A stretch of DNA of 62,569 nt, filler included, from Basidiobolus meristosporus CBS 931.73 (lineage: Eukaryota; Fungi; Basidiobolomycota), in the NCBI GenBank assembly GCA_002104905.1. It is 5 parts of 5 records of this genome, joined end to end, with 100 filler letters (N's around TTAATTAATTAA, not from the genome) between each part and the next. Parts side by side here need not be neighbours in the genome. Positions count along the whole stretch, not along the records: positions 1 to 13,704 come from MCFE01001198.1; 4 more parts are not named here. One strand, 5' to 3'. Below the pieces are notes generated by a model. That model was not told the DNA's origin, ran no database searches, and saw only the letters and a list, made by a program, of their open reading frames with translations. Shown here in pieces: positions 1-12,900 of the stretch; the stretch's first letter is position 1; each line of letters opens with the position of its first letter. A program made the translations under genes and the position numbers.

Positions 1-3000
1 GACAAGGTCGGCATGTGCATCATGTCTTTGTCAACTTTTATTGCCGGGTTTGTCATTGCCTTCCTTGCTGGCTGGAGAATGACTCTTGTGCTGTTAACAG
101 CAGTTCCCGTTATGGGATGTAAGTTGGTTGATTTCTATTGTACCCAGTAATGCTCTAACGTTTGTTTTCTTTAGTCTGCGGCGCTATGATGGCCAAATAC
201 ACCATGGAATCATCCTCAGATGGTCAAGACTCTTATGCCAAAGCAGGTGGTATGGCTGAGCAAGCTATAAGCTCTATCCGCACCGTGGTCGCTTTCAATG
301 GTCAGAATCGGGAAATCAAGCGCTTCGATGAGGTTCTCGCCGACGCGTACAAATCCGGCGTGAAAAAGTCGTTTGTCACCGGCGCTGGCATGGGCTCTTT
401 CATGTTTGTCTTGTTCTGTGCCTATGCCCTAGCTTTCTGGTATGGTGGCCAGCAGGTCAAGGATGGTAAAATGGATAGCGGTGCAGTATTGACTGTTCTG
501 TTCGGTACTATCATCGGTGCCTTCTCCATTGGCAACGTTGGCCCCAATATCGGTGTTTTGGCGAAGGCCCAGGCTGCTGCCTACACCATCTTCGAAACGA
601 TTGATCGTGTACCCTCCATCGATTCCTCCAACCCCAACGGTGAAAAGCCGGAAAATATCCAGGGTCACATTGTCTTGAAAGACATCGATTTCGCGTACCC
701 ATCTCGGCCCGATGTTCCTATTTTGAAAAAGATGTCAATCGAAGTCAAGCCCGGTCAAACGGTCGCCTTGGTTGGCCATTCTGGATCCGGAAAGTCCACA
801 ATCGTCGGTCTCTTGGAGCGTTTCTACGACCCTTTGTCAGGTTCCATCACTTTGGATGGGATTGAGATCAAGGATTACAATGTTGCTCATCTCCGCAACA
901 CCATCGGCCTTGTCTCACAGGAACCGGTGCTTTTCAACGCAACTGTCAAGCAGAACATTCTCTATGGCGCCAGAAAGGGCCAGACCATCCCCACGGACAA
1001 GGAGATCGAGACTGCCTGTCGCTTGGCAAATGCTCATGATTTCATTTCCAACCTCCCTAACAAATACAACACAATGGTTGGTGAGAAGGGAGCGCTTTTG
1101 TCTGGAGGCCAAAAGCAGCGCATTGCCATTGCCCGTGCTTTGATCAAGAACCCACGTGTTTTGCTTCTTGATGAGGCCACTTCTGCTCTGGATACTGAAT
1201 CGGAGCGCATTGTGCAAGCGGCCTTGGATAACGCCGCCAACGGACGTTCCACCATTGTGATTGCTCACCGCCTTTCAACCATTATCAATGCCGATCTGAT
1301 TTATGTCATGGATCGCGGGGTTGTTTTGGAATCCGGTACGCATGAATCGCTGATGGCTCTGAATGGAACGTATGCCGAGTTGGTTGCCAAGCAGCAACTC
1401 AAGACTCTCGCTGTCGAAACCTCACCCCAGACCACCATTGCCGATGACTGTACACAGCTTGAACGCAAGAGCACCCAGGGATCAATTCTTCGCCTCAAGT
1501 CCTCGCACACTTTGGACCATCCTGGCCCCACCGTCTTGGACATCCCTGAGGATAATGAGATGTCCGAGGCCCGTCGCAAGAAGGAAGCCGCCCGCAAATT
1601 AAAGAAACAAAAAGCCCCCATTAGTCGTACGCTTGTTTATATGCGTCCGGATTACTCCATTTGTATTCTCGGCTGCGTCTTTGCCATGCTCCAGGGCGCT
1701 CTTTTCCCAACCTTTTCCCAGGTGTTTGCTAAGGCACTTGACGCCCTCACAAGATCACAACAGCCCGACTACGATTTTACCGGGAATATTCGCCGATTCT
1801 CTCTTTATTTCGTGGCCCTGGCCGTTGCTGGGTTCATCGGGTTTTGCGGCGGTATGGCAACATTCATGATTGTTGGTGAGCGCATGACTCGCCGTATGCG
1901 TTCCATCTCCTATCGCGCCATCCTGTCGCAGGAGATGGGCTTCTTTGACAAACCAGAAAACAGCACTGGCGCGCTTGCCTCCCGCCTCGCCACAGACGCA
2001 CAGCAAATGTACGACATGGTCTCCCAGGTTATCTTGACAACCGTCTCCTCCCTGGCCACCATTGCCTGTGGGCTTGGCTTTGCGTTTGCCGCCACCTGGC
2101 AGTTGACTCTTATCATTCTTGCCGCGGTACCCATCATTGGATTTGCTCAGTACCTCGAATTGGCTGCATTGACTGGTTTCGGAGAAAAAACCCGCAAGGC
2201 CTATGAGAAATCGGGCCAGGTTGCCGGCGAAGCCATTGCCAATATTCGGACCGTTGCGTCTTTGGCGAAGGAGGACATGTTCGAAGAACGGTATTTCGAG
2301 GTCACCAAGGAGCCCCACAAGTATGCCATCAACAAGGCACTATTCGCCTCGATCGGCTTTGCCGTTTCCCAGGCGGTTGCCATCTGGTCGTACTCTATTG
2401 GTTTCTATGCTGGCTATCGTCTGGTCGAAAACTACATTATCGGCTGGGATGCCATGTTCAAATGCATGTTCGGGATCGTCTTCATGGCCATGTCGCTCGG
2501 CCACATCACCGCCGAATTGCCCAAGTTTGCCAAGGGCAAGCAATCTGCCATCAACATCTACGAGCTTTTGGACAAGGAGACTGAGATCGATGCCAACAGG
2601 GATGGCGCCATCATCAACAAGGTGACCGGGACCATGGGATTGGAAAAGGTCGACTTCGCCTATCCTACCCGACCCGATATCCAGGTCTTCAACAAGGTTG
2701 ATGTTGCCATCCGCCCATCACAGACCGTGGCGCTCGTTGGTCCATCTGGATGCGGCAAGTCGACCATTATCGCACTGATGGAGCGTTGGTACGACACCCT
2801 CGAGGGGCGGGCCTACGTGGAGGACTACAACATCAAGGATCTCCAACTGAACAACATTCGCTCGCATATGGCGCTTGTTGGTCAAGAGCCCGTCTTGTTC
2901 GATTTCTCGATCCGTGAAAACATCCTTTACGGTCTACCCGAAGGCGAAGGAACGCAGGAACAAGTCGAGGCAGCCGCCAAGCTGTCCAACATTCACAACT

Positions 3001-3362
3001 TCGTCATGTCCCTTCCTGACGGCTATGATACCTCGGTTGGTGACAAGGGATCCCAATTGTCCGGTGGCCAGAAGCAGCGCATCGCAATTGCTCGTGCTTT
3101 GATCCGTAACCCCAAGATCCTGCTGCTGGATGAGGCCACCTCTGCTTTGGACTCGGAGTCCGAGAAGCTGGTCCAAGAGGCATTGGACCAGGCCCGTTCT
3201 GGACGTACCACAATTGTGATTGCTCATCGACTCAGCACCATCCAGGATGCCGACTTGATTTTGGTTGTCAAAGGGGGCAACATTGTTGAGTCCGGTAAAC
3301 ACCGTGAGTTGCTAACCTTGGGTGGCGTCTATGCAGAGCTTTGTAAAAAGCAAAACCTGTAA
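1..3362 (+). CDS. ABCB/MDR (P-glycoprotein-like) full-size ABC transporter, 5' end outside the window; intron at 119..174
   Basis: TMD-NBD-TMD-NBD layout. Walker A GHSGSGKS and GPSGCGKS, signature LSGGQKQR twice, Walker B LLLDEATSALD twice. Bases 1..118 read DKVGMCIMSLSTFIAGFVIAF... and splice in frame through GTAAGT...CTAAC...TTTAG. Confidence 0.95.
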
Positions 3363-4221
3363 ATCGCACTGAACGGCGATTGGGATCACGGAGCAAACCA
3401 ATGAACTTGTAATATATCGAATCACTATAATATTAGCACGCACACCTTCAAGATAATTGATCTCATTTTAATAAATTCCAATTTGAATCGTACCACCGAC
3501 TTCTCCGCTGTATTCGCGGCACCGGTTGCCATTGGGTAGATATCCATCCGGTTTAGTGGAGCAATTAATACAAATTCGCAATACCATGCAAGCTTCTCTA
3601 TCCAATGAACGGCCGCATTGATGGCGCCCAAGAATTCCAAAACCATTGCTACGAAGGAAATCGGAGTTTGGGTTGCATCACTGATTTGTGGCAGCTATCG
3701 GAAGCGTTCACCCAATGCAGGAAATACGATGTTTATTATTATTGCTGATCATCCAGGCATCCAAACACTGTGTTCAAAACATGCGATACGAAGTATCCAA
3801 CAAAACCTTAATTTTGTTCGAACTCATACCTAGCTAGCTTGTGGGTAGTAAAGTTGGACTTGTAGCAAATTCAAGGCTGCCCATCTCTTTCTTTTCTTAA
3901 TGTATATTGGATAAACGACTGGTAACCGGATGCAATTCTCTTATATATGATAATGCTTGTTAGAAAAAGCTTGCTATTTGGCTGATTGACCCAGTTGATG
4001 AGATAAAACACTGTGTAGGCTACTCATTTAATGCTACAAGCCCATACTGTGTATGCGTGAGATTGATTGTCTACATGCACCATAACCAGGTGCACTAGCG
4101 AGATGTGCAAAGCATGAAAGCACATATTGGCCGATGCGCACCGACTTATTCGAGGCCTAGGTCTAATGGTCCGATAAAGCAGAATTTATCAAGCGAATGA
4201 GTGTTTGATATAAATATGACG

Positions 4222-4735
4222 CGCAATGGTGGTTGTGATATAACTAGAGGGGTCGCTGATGGGTTGGCAGATGTTCATACCTTTGGCTTCATTGAGAAGG
4301 TTGAAGGGCTTCAGGTTGACATTGAGGTAGTGCTTGTTGGGGAGTGCATAGATGATCTCCTATATATTGACATTCTGGCCCAATACCTCACCCATCTGGT
4401 CCACGGTGGCTTACACTGAGGCTGAGTTGTCTGTGGCAAAGGTGCTGAGGGTGATCTCACGAACACTGTTGGCAACATCATCGAATGGGATCTCCTGGAT
4501 CTTGGACTTCTCGGGGCTATAGGTCCACTTGGCATCGGCACTGGTGGAGAAGATATACATCCTGGAGGGTGGTGTACTCGTAGCGGTGGAAGTTGGTGAA
4601 GGCCGAGCCGGTGGACTTCAGGCGAGACTCAATAGACACCTGGCCACTACAAGAGACAGTAGTTTCGACACGTCTGGTCTCATCGCCATCACGGAGGAAG
4701 GAGTGAGGGTGGAGTTGGCCATCGATCTCAACTCA
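4222..4735 (-). pseudogene. Degenerate uricase, 3' ~60% of a copy of the 39940..40833 gene
   Basis: Aligns by eye with 39955..40490 (e.g. gtagtgcttgttgggga, gatcttggacttctc, actggtggagaagata, gagccggtggacttca), with many substitutions, deletions and no 5' end. Confidence 0.85.
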
Positions 4736-4759
4736 AATCTAATCTGATGTGTTCTCGTG

Positions 4760-5460
4760 ACAACAGACCGTGTACACTCCAACCACATCCGGGCCATCGA
4801 GCGTTCTGCTTACGAGCTTGGCAAACAGACAAGAACTCCCACGTTGTTCAACGACGTTGGACCAGAATCAATGTCAATAGTGAGCCACATCCTCACTCTT
4901 TCTATCGTAATGGCAGTGAGACCAGAGAGACCTGGGTCACTGTTGCCGCTGACAGCGTGAACATCAAGTCCGGATTGGAAGGGCTGCTGGGGTTGAAGGC
5001 TACTGGCTCCTCCTTCAGCAACTTTCATCTCTGTGAGAACACCACCCTTCAGGATGCCGATGACCGCATCTTCTTCACCACCGTCAATACCTCGATCGGC
5101 GTTGAGAACATTTCTTTCGACCGCATCTTCTTCACCACCGTCAATACCTCGATCGGCGTTGAGAACATTTCTTTCGACCGCATCTTTGTGGGAGTCCGCG
5201 AGACCACCTTGGATGTGTTCGCTCACGAAGACTCTACCTCCACTCAGGCCACCCTGTGCTGCACGGCTGGGTTAATCTTAAAGCGGTCCCCTGAAGTCCA
5301 GGATGTATACTATGCACTCCACAACAGTCACCACTTCACCACCAACCTTGCACACTCTAATCTCCCCAATGCTGGTTCGGAGATCACAATTATCTAACCA
5401 GTGACTGATTTCTATGGATACGCCGCTGCCACCATTGGTTGTGGTGGTAGCAAATTCCAA
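4760..5460 (+). pseudogene. Degenerate uricase of the second paralog type (like 41361..41646)
   Basis: Translates to RWTRINVNSEPHPHSF...LKATGSSFSNFHLCENTTLQDADDRIF...ETTLDVFA...YYALHNSHHFTTNL. It has a frameshift near 4825, an internal duplication, a premature TAA at 5395-5397 and no start. Confidence 0.85.
5062..5185 (+). repeat. Perfect 57-bp tandem duplication (two units plus a 10-bp partial) inside the uricase pseudogene
   Basis: gaccgcatcttcttcaccaccgtcaatacctcgatcggcgttgagaacatttctttc occurs at 5062 and 5119, encoding DRIFFTTVNTSIGVENISF twice. Confidence 0.95.
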
Positions 5461-6704
5461 TCTACCATTCCTTCATCCGTTGCGAAATTCATTAATTAAA
5501 TCTTTTTAAAAATTTCATCACCTACAGTATACAGCACGAATGCAATAAATAAGTACAGATGGCAATATAACATCTTTTGTGTGCAACAAGATCAGCATCC
5601 CAGGTTGAAATACAGTATTATTAATGCATAGAAGAATCTCAAGTTGCTCAATAACAGATACCAGTGTTGGAACATTTCCCATAATGACAATAGATGAGCA
5701 CTGAAAATTGCTGGAAGGGCAATGACAGTTCTCAAAGACAGAGTAATGAAATGGCTAGCTACTGGGAGGAGTTGGAGCTCATGTACTACTGGCAGCATCT
5801 GCTCTGAATAGCCATAGTGAAGGAGGCAAGGCAAGGTACAACAGCAAATGAGCCTGGTGTGGGCCAACAACACAAGGCAGAATTTAAGGCAAAATTGTAT
5901 ATTTGGTTCAGTTCTTATCAGAATGAGAAATGCTTGAGGGGGAGGATAAGACTATAAAATCCTTTTAGCAACATGGATGCCAAGATATACTGCAAATTAC
6001 AGAAGGGGAACTGGATATGAAGCACAGCAGTTATGCCAATACACTGATGAAGATGATGGAGTATAGAACTGGGTCAGCTGATCATATGATCTGGTCAACC
6101 AACCAGTGCTTACCTACATGATGCTCAATCAATAGTTCTCCACCAGAACCTTTGATGTAATAACTTATTGTGTGACATTGAGAAGGAGAACTCAGGAACC
6201 ATACTCCTGCAGCTTTGCTACCATTCCCACAATTGTAAGTAACAAAAGTGGCAAATATACAATGAACCTAGTCAGAGTGGCAGTGGTGGGACTGAATGTA
6301 GTGGAGGAGGGAGAATTGTAGGGGGGCATATACATGGTAAAGTGAAAAGCAAAATACAATAACTGCTGTTTGCAGTAATACACACACCCATGAAAGAAAT
6401 GTGACTAGAACTGGCAGAATGCTGGTGTAATACCTTCAAAAGTCTATACATTTATTATATCAAAGCTGCAGGTATTTCTCTCTGAGTATTCTTAAATAGA
6501 ATAGATACATGCCAAGATGTATAGACCAGAACATCAACAGAAATGAACATGAGGCTCAATATTGAAATTTGTTATGAGGGCTACAAAACCAGGCAGGGTA
6601 AGTCCTTGTTAGCAAGATTTAGCTCTGACAACACAATAATGATTCTCTCCATGAGCTGAAGAGCTACTGGTAATTAAGGAAGCAATATTGTGATGCATTG
6701 TATA

Positions 6705-7050
6705 TGTTGTAAGAGTTTTGGAGATATTGGATGTGATTGAGAGAGCAAGTATATAAGACAGTTTTCACTTAAAGATTTATTGAATGTAAAGATGGTATTT
6801 GTACTTTAACAAGGTTATGGCAAGATATGCATATAGAATAGGCTGGGATGGTCCTAAGAGCATGTTTGCAAAGTTTGGGGCTGTTTGGACTACTTTAAGA
6901 AATTTCATGTCCTGGCAACCTGATGTGTTGGTGAAGATATTCTAAGTAAATCCCAACAGGTAATTTGGTCAGTGTACTTTAAGATCTCTAGGCAATGCTT
7001 TGAGTGACTAAGTTAGGTGAATATTCAGGTGCAATTACAAAACTTACAAC
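6705..7050 (-). mobile_element. Old, diverged LTR of the copia family at 58337, apparently solo
   Basis: Reverse-complement match to the 58337..58685 LTR (tgttgtaagagttttggaga..., gcaaagtttggggctgtttggac, gtgactaagttaggtgaatatt). Confidence 0.85.
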
Positions 7051-8568
7051 TGTACTTGCTGAAATGCCCACAATTCTTATTGATATTGTAATAAGCCTAT
7101 AGCTAAGCAACTTGAATTAATCAGAGTTGTGACCAAAATAAGGTACAAACTCTTGCCCAAAAACTAGGATGTATGGAATGTACTGATTGATAAATAATAA
7201 AAGGCTGTGCCACTCCCAATAAGGCAGTAAAAGGTAAAGATCAAGCAAAAGACACTCTTAACTCATGGGTTTGAGGGAGCTTTTGATATGACATGAGTTT
7301 AGGACTAGCATATAGATATGACCAGTGAAACCTAAAGGTCAGCATTAACCTATGTCAAAATTGTTCATCAGGACAGTTGTAGCCCATAACTGGTTAGACC
7401 CAGCATTTTCTGCTCCGACTCTTTCTTAGCAATTACCTACAGCACAAGAGTAGTCATTATTGTCTAAATGCCCTCAAGCTTTGCAAACACACTACCTGGA
7501 CCCTCACTAACATATTTTGTGTGATCTTTACAAATGCCCGCATATGTTTATATTATTAACAAAGGTATCACTTGAAATGTTTTTACTAAAACCTTCACCG
7601 CGCTATTCTAGGAGTAACATATCATTATTTGAGCACAATAAGATAATTGAGAGTACTATATATTTGTCTTGTTCTCCAGATCACCTCCAAATAGCCCCTG
7701 GAATTTTGCAAAATACCCGATATTTGCTAGTCAAATGCCATATTATATATTCAGAAGAAACCATCCATCTTATCATGGTGACTATTTGGGTTTGTTCAAC
7801 CCTTGAGTTAGCGAGTACCTCTATTTTTATGAGTAAATGAAACACCTTCTACAGTCTCAAGATAACTTTACAAGGTGGGGATATATAATGGCAATCCGGG
7901 AATAAAGCACTGTCTCAAGGTGGGTACAGATGCTGTGCACACCTTGATTTTCAAGGAGGAGAAAGACACGGAGTCCAAAAGGGGAGAAATGAAACCGCTG
8001 GCCAATCATTTCCATTATTTGGTACTCGTGATGTCTGACGCATAGCATATGGCAATTAGTTACCGAATCGAGGGGTGATACGTGGGAGCGTATGTTCGAA
8101 ATCCAAGCTAAACAAAAATGGAATGCGCTGATAGGAGTTTCATCGGGTACCTGGCTACACGTTCACACAGCGCGCCATACAAAAACATCCAACTCAACCA
8201 AAATTTATATCAAGCCGAATCCGGAAAAACGGCCACGAGATCACATACTTTAGGTGGCCGTTGAAAACGATTTCCTGGTCGGTTCCATGGAGTTGTGACC
8301 ATCAAAGCATGCTGGTACGGCACACAATAAGTCCCAGAAAGTCAACGAAAAATAGCCATGTTTGGTAGTGATCAAACCCTTGAGTGTAAACATTGGACTG
8401 AAGATGTGATCCAGCCAGTACCGATTAAAACGTCGCTCAAAGAAAAAAATTCATATTTAATGGTGCATTTTTGTGTAACACGTTGCAGCTGTACTGTTGA
8501 ATGACGCTGTATTCACCTTGCACATGGTTACTAGCAGTGATATGAGAGTGATGAAGAGGTAAATGTGC

Positions 8569-9960
8569 TTAATTGAAGGTGGCAATAACAGAGACTGAGT
8601 CAACATCCAGGATGCATTTTTTAGGGATTTGGACGTTGCTCCAGCTGGGTTGCTTCTCCGACTGCTGGAAACACTCATAGAGCGGTCCACCAATTTGTTC
8701 ACCTTCCTTCATAGGCTTCTGAGTTTGCACTTCAACATGCAAATCATAGTCTTTACCAGCAGCGCTCTTGCCCTTATAGTCAAACAGGGCCGAGCCCGAA
8801 CTCCAAGCTGCCTCATCCCATAAATATCCTTGATTTTGGTAAGCAACCAAGAAATCATCGATATATATGTCTGCTGAGTCCCTAGTGCAGGTACAGCTAC
8901 CGGCGTTGTTGGCAAGTTTGAATTTAGAAAACTCCGGCCCTGAGTGCATATGGGACTTGGTTTTTACTCCTTCTGCCTTTGCGTTCTTCCTAACCTGAGG
9001 CCGGTGCTTTGTTACGGGGGCGTCATATTCCAGCTTAGATGAGCCTTTGCAGTAAGCATCGGTGGTACCGCAGTAGCCATAACTGGAGCAGCAGTAACCA
9101 GGCTGGCACTGATGCATCACATCTCCGAACCAGCCACAACGTCTATCAGTTTTATTTGCAACAACGATGTCTATTCCCAGATTATCGGCATCATAGGGAT
9201 ACCACTGCCACTGTTCGGGCTTGTTATTATATCCATGATAGCCAGCTGGACCGTTGATAGACATCCAGATCGCCGTCTGATTTTCTGTTAGACCAGAGCC
9301 CCATGTGCCGTCGGGCCCGGGATATGTGTACGTTATAGAGCCACCCAGTGCAGGGTACCAGTACTTGCTGCCTTCACGTCTGTAAGCTTGTTTACTCCAT
9401 ACGCCCACCCGTACACCATTGCTGATTCCTTGCGGATTTTCGAGAAACTGGTAGAAGTAGCCAAGACCGCTGTTTAAGTTGTCGTTGATAACACGCAATT
9501 TACCAAATTGCATCCATTCGCCATCAATACGTAGCTGGGCAGTGTAGACCAAATAATCACCATCCTCTTCATAGTCAATTCGAAAGCCGTAATCCACTCC
9601 ATCAAGCCATGGATAGAAATACTGCATATGGGATCCAGTGCCTTCGTTGCCAAAGCGACTAGTCACGCATTCCTTGCATGTTTCCACTATGGTTGCTTTT
9701 CCATTGTTGTTGTCCCAGAGAGAGAAGAGGAATACACGTTTGTTGGCCCATGTCTGCATTCCCATGTATCCGTTGTTCCAGGCGATGGCTGCCCAGTAAG
9801 TTTGGTTGGGACTAAATTCAGGAACAGACTTGACATCTGTCTTGAAAGAAATGAATTTACTCCCATTATCGGGGAGGCTGGCCCAGTTGTGCATTGCCTG
9901 AGAAAGCACCTTCACTGCGAACAGCGAGGTAAGCGAGAGGAAAAGGGCTGAAAGCTTCAT
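8569..9960 (-). CDS. Secreted 463-aa protein: signal peptide, DUF3472-like domain (aa ~35-240), hevein/CBM18 chitin-binding module (aa 275-304), basic linker, ~120-aa unknown C-terminal domain
   Basis: Intronless ORF with a hydrophobic N-terminus (MKLSALFLSLTSLFAVKVLSQA). Motifs TYWAAIAWNNGYMGMQ, RVFLFSLWD, FGNEGTG and YQFLEN resemble my recollection of the bacterial DUF3472 family. CGWFGDVMHQCQPGYCCSSYGYCGTTDAYC fits the hevein consensus. Confidence 0.8.
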   Translation of the reverse strand: MKLSALFLSLTSLFAVKVLSQAMHNWASLPDNGSKFISFKTDVKSVPEFSPNQTYWAAIAWNNGYMGMQTWANKRVFLFSLWDNNNGKATIVETCKECVTSRFGNEGTGSHMQYFYPWLDGVDYGFRIDYEEDGDYLVYTAQLRIDGEWMQFGKLRVINDNLNSGLGYFYQFLENPQGISNGVRVGVWSKQAYRREGSKYWYPALGGSITYTYPGPDGTWGSGLTENQTAIWMSINGPAGYHGYNNKPEQWQWYPYDADNLGIDIVVANKTDRRCGWFGDVMHQCQPGYCCSSYGYCGTTDAYCKGSSKLEYDAPVTKHRPQVRKNAKAEGVKTKSHMHSGPEFSKFKLANNAGSCTCTRDSADIYIDDFLVAYQNQGYLWDEAAWSSGSALFDYKGKSAAGKDYDLHVEVQTQKPMKEGEQIGGPLYECFQQSEKQPSWSNVQIPKKCILDVDSVSVIATFN

Positions 9961-12900
9961 GATATCTTGACGAAAGCACGGCCCTCAGCTGTGCTTTTAA
10001 AGTAGTTCCATTTTCCCAGGATAGAGATCACGTTTCGTTACCAACAATGATAGCAAGCCGAGAGTTCGACCTAATTTAGTAGCGTCTGGTTGAGTTAGCC
10101 TATTGTGGCAATTCAGGTAGTGGAATGCATGGATTCTAAATGGTAACCATTGGATATCCATGCAGCTTCTAGAAAATACCCAAAGCGTAATACTATCTTC
10201 CAAGGAGTTCGGAATCATGATCACGCTGGCCTTCAAATGTGGCTTATCCATAAGACTCTTCCTTTACAGCTTAGAAGAGCCTATACAGATGCTTACAACA
10301 TTGGGGGCAAATTGTCAGCTTCAGTCAGGGAAAGTCGGTATCCTTCACCAAGTGTCGAGGAGAAATTATAGAGTGGATGCAATGTCCTGGTGAGACAGTT
10401 TGGCGCAGCTAAATTATAATCCCAGCTGTTCCCGAATGTCAATGTGGTTTGGCATACCTCTAAATAGTCAACAGTATCGAGAATGCAGTAGCATTAGTGT
10501 TTTCACTGCATATTTCAGCAATAACTCAGACCTTTGGAATATCGATTAACCATACCGCTAATGGCATTTGAGTTACCCTAATAGATCCTACCTTCATGCA
10601 TGCTCCTCTAGAACTTCGCAATACCCGAGTGTGTACGGCTTAACAAATAACAATTAACACTTATACAACCTGGCCAATAGGTTGGCAAAAAATTCTCTTA
10701 GAGTATAGCATCATGAATCAGGAAAAATCAAAAAAGAAGAAAAACGTGCTAAGCCCCATTCTGAGCTGAACCAATGAGCATAGAGATTGCTTGGTTAGGC
10801 CCATGTAGCTAGCATTTGATTAGTACATGGAGGATCGAAGGGTCACGCGAGCCAGTTGAGTAATGCTCAAAGGCTGATCAAGTCTAATGATCATATGGAA
10901 GGTTTACTTGTCAGAAATAGCTTTACCTAACAATATGACTTGGGGATTGACCTGGACACTGGAGATGCACACTTGTGGAGCCTTCACATCTCCATGGGCC
11001 TTGATCTCAGCGCCCAGACCTTGGCCGAGAGTACAGGATGCTTATCATCCACGCAACTATCAAAAGCAAGTCTTTCTCGAGAGCACCAAACCACATACAT
11101 GCTATAAGAAGGATTTATCGAACGGAAGCAGCAGTGCTTAATTATCGCGCAATTGAAATAGTGAAGCCATGTCCCCATTTGCTGGTTGCAAGTAGTGGCA
11201 TCAGCAGTTATTGTAGATGGAGAGGAAAATAGAGTCGCATTGTCCCGTCATCTCAGACCTATAGTATTTTACATATCTGCTCTCGCTGGTATACCCTCTC
11301 CGGCATGGATAGCAGAAATGTGCATTATTGATACAATCTCAAACCAAATCTAGTGGTTCTGATCACATCGATCGTTATCTTGATACCAAATTTAAGCTCG
11401 ATGAATCAGAGACTTCTCATGCAACCGAGGAAATTCATAGATGCCGGGGCCAGCAATGCAGTACGGAACGTGTTTACTCAATCCACCCTAAGATTTGCAC
11501 CCCCAAGCCAGCTTTGATGACGATACTTTAGTTATGATCGGGGATTGTTGTGGCTCACTTACCAATGGGAACGCTAATCGCAATCGAAAACCTACTACTG
11601 TGAGTTTATCCATGATCTTACCGATCACCATCTTGATATTGCACGCAACATATACTTATACGGAACAATGCTAGTGTAAGGCTTTCTTGGAACACTTCTT
11701 GGCGGATATTCAGAAAAGCCATGGTTAAGAAAATGCTAGTTAGATATACCACATATAGTAACTGTTACCTAACCCAAAGTTATTCACTCTGATCATGCGG
11801 AGGGGATTTCAAATATAGCACTCAGTTCCACAGTGAACAAAATAGGTTCAATCCTCTCTCAGACCGAAATTTCTCTTGCGCAATGATATATTGGTAAGAA
11901 TCTGAAACCGCGCCTTCTATGGCCTGGAATCTCTCATCAAGGCCGACATTTGGCTGGAAAACAAAGCATGTGAACTGGAGCGATTCCATTTTTACATGTC
12001 TCGGGAATCCAGGTTGCTCAAGCACCGCTACCGATGCAGATCCCTTGGTCAGTGAGCCAATGGAAGCTTATCAGTTATTACTTCAAACGTCGCATTGTCA
12101 CCACATTTAGTGATCGTTCCGAGTGGCTTATGTGTGTTTAAGCGGCATAATGATGGTGTACAGTATTCCTAGAGCACCACACAAATGATATTTCGCGCTG
12201 CCAGAGCCTGAATTATCCTTAATTGATTATCCATACAGTAATTAACGGGGTCATTCTGAGTTTCAGTCTGATCGACCGCGCCGAACAATACATCGTTGCA
12301 ACTAATTAGAAGCATCCTATATGTGACACTTCTGGCGTTGCTTACCAAATTCCCCCTCCACTGAGGGCTGAGCTATATTCAAGTGAATTAGAGAACTACT
12401 AATGCCGGTTGATAACATCATCCCATTAAGTCATTGATACTTGGAACTTACCCTAAATTCCAGTCAAAGATACCTGGGGCTCCTGGACATTGTGAACTAC
12501 CCCTATCAATCGGGAGGTTCACTTTCTCCTTCTGCACTGACACTCCTGCCCTACTCTTGTCTCAAACACGCAGTGTGAGTGAATCTCCCCACCCAACAAG
12601 ACTCATCCACAATAAATTTTCTGAAGCTCTGAGCAGCTTTTTGTAGCAGCTCCTCCTGGGGTACACTATGATAACCAGTAAAATACACAGCCTGTGTGGA
12701 TACCAATTCCGACTGTATTGTACAGAAAGTATCATATAGGGAAACAACGCCATTAGAAGAGCTTTTTCATACATTACAAAAGCTGGTTAACATTTTGTTT
12801 CACTGATATTACTTGCTTGGCTTGACATCAATTGGCTGAATAGTTTGGGTAGCTCATAATGAAGGCTAGAACAACAATACTCAGGGTCTAGGTGTTAACA

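Noticed and set aside
429-3302. Many 60-190 aa ORFs overlapping the ABC transporter, PUF6, nucleoside hydrolases, uricase and PCK genes on the opposite strand or in other frames
   Set aside because: They are shadows of GC-rich, codon-biased real genes, with no recognisable domains. They recur identically in duplicated genes simply because the DNA is duplicated.
5500-8050. AT-rich, CpG-poor DNA around the solo LTR, probably an old transposon
   Set aside because: No diagnostic motif was found, and the flanks of the LTR (gtata/gtact) do not form a convincing TSD.
10880-12200. Stop-interrupted coding-like stretches between the DUF3472 gene and the LTR
   Set aside because: No family could be recognised in any frame; a translated homology search is needed.
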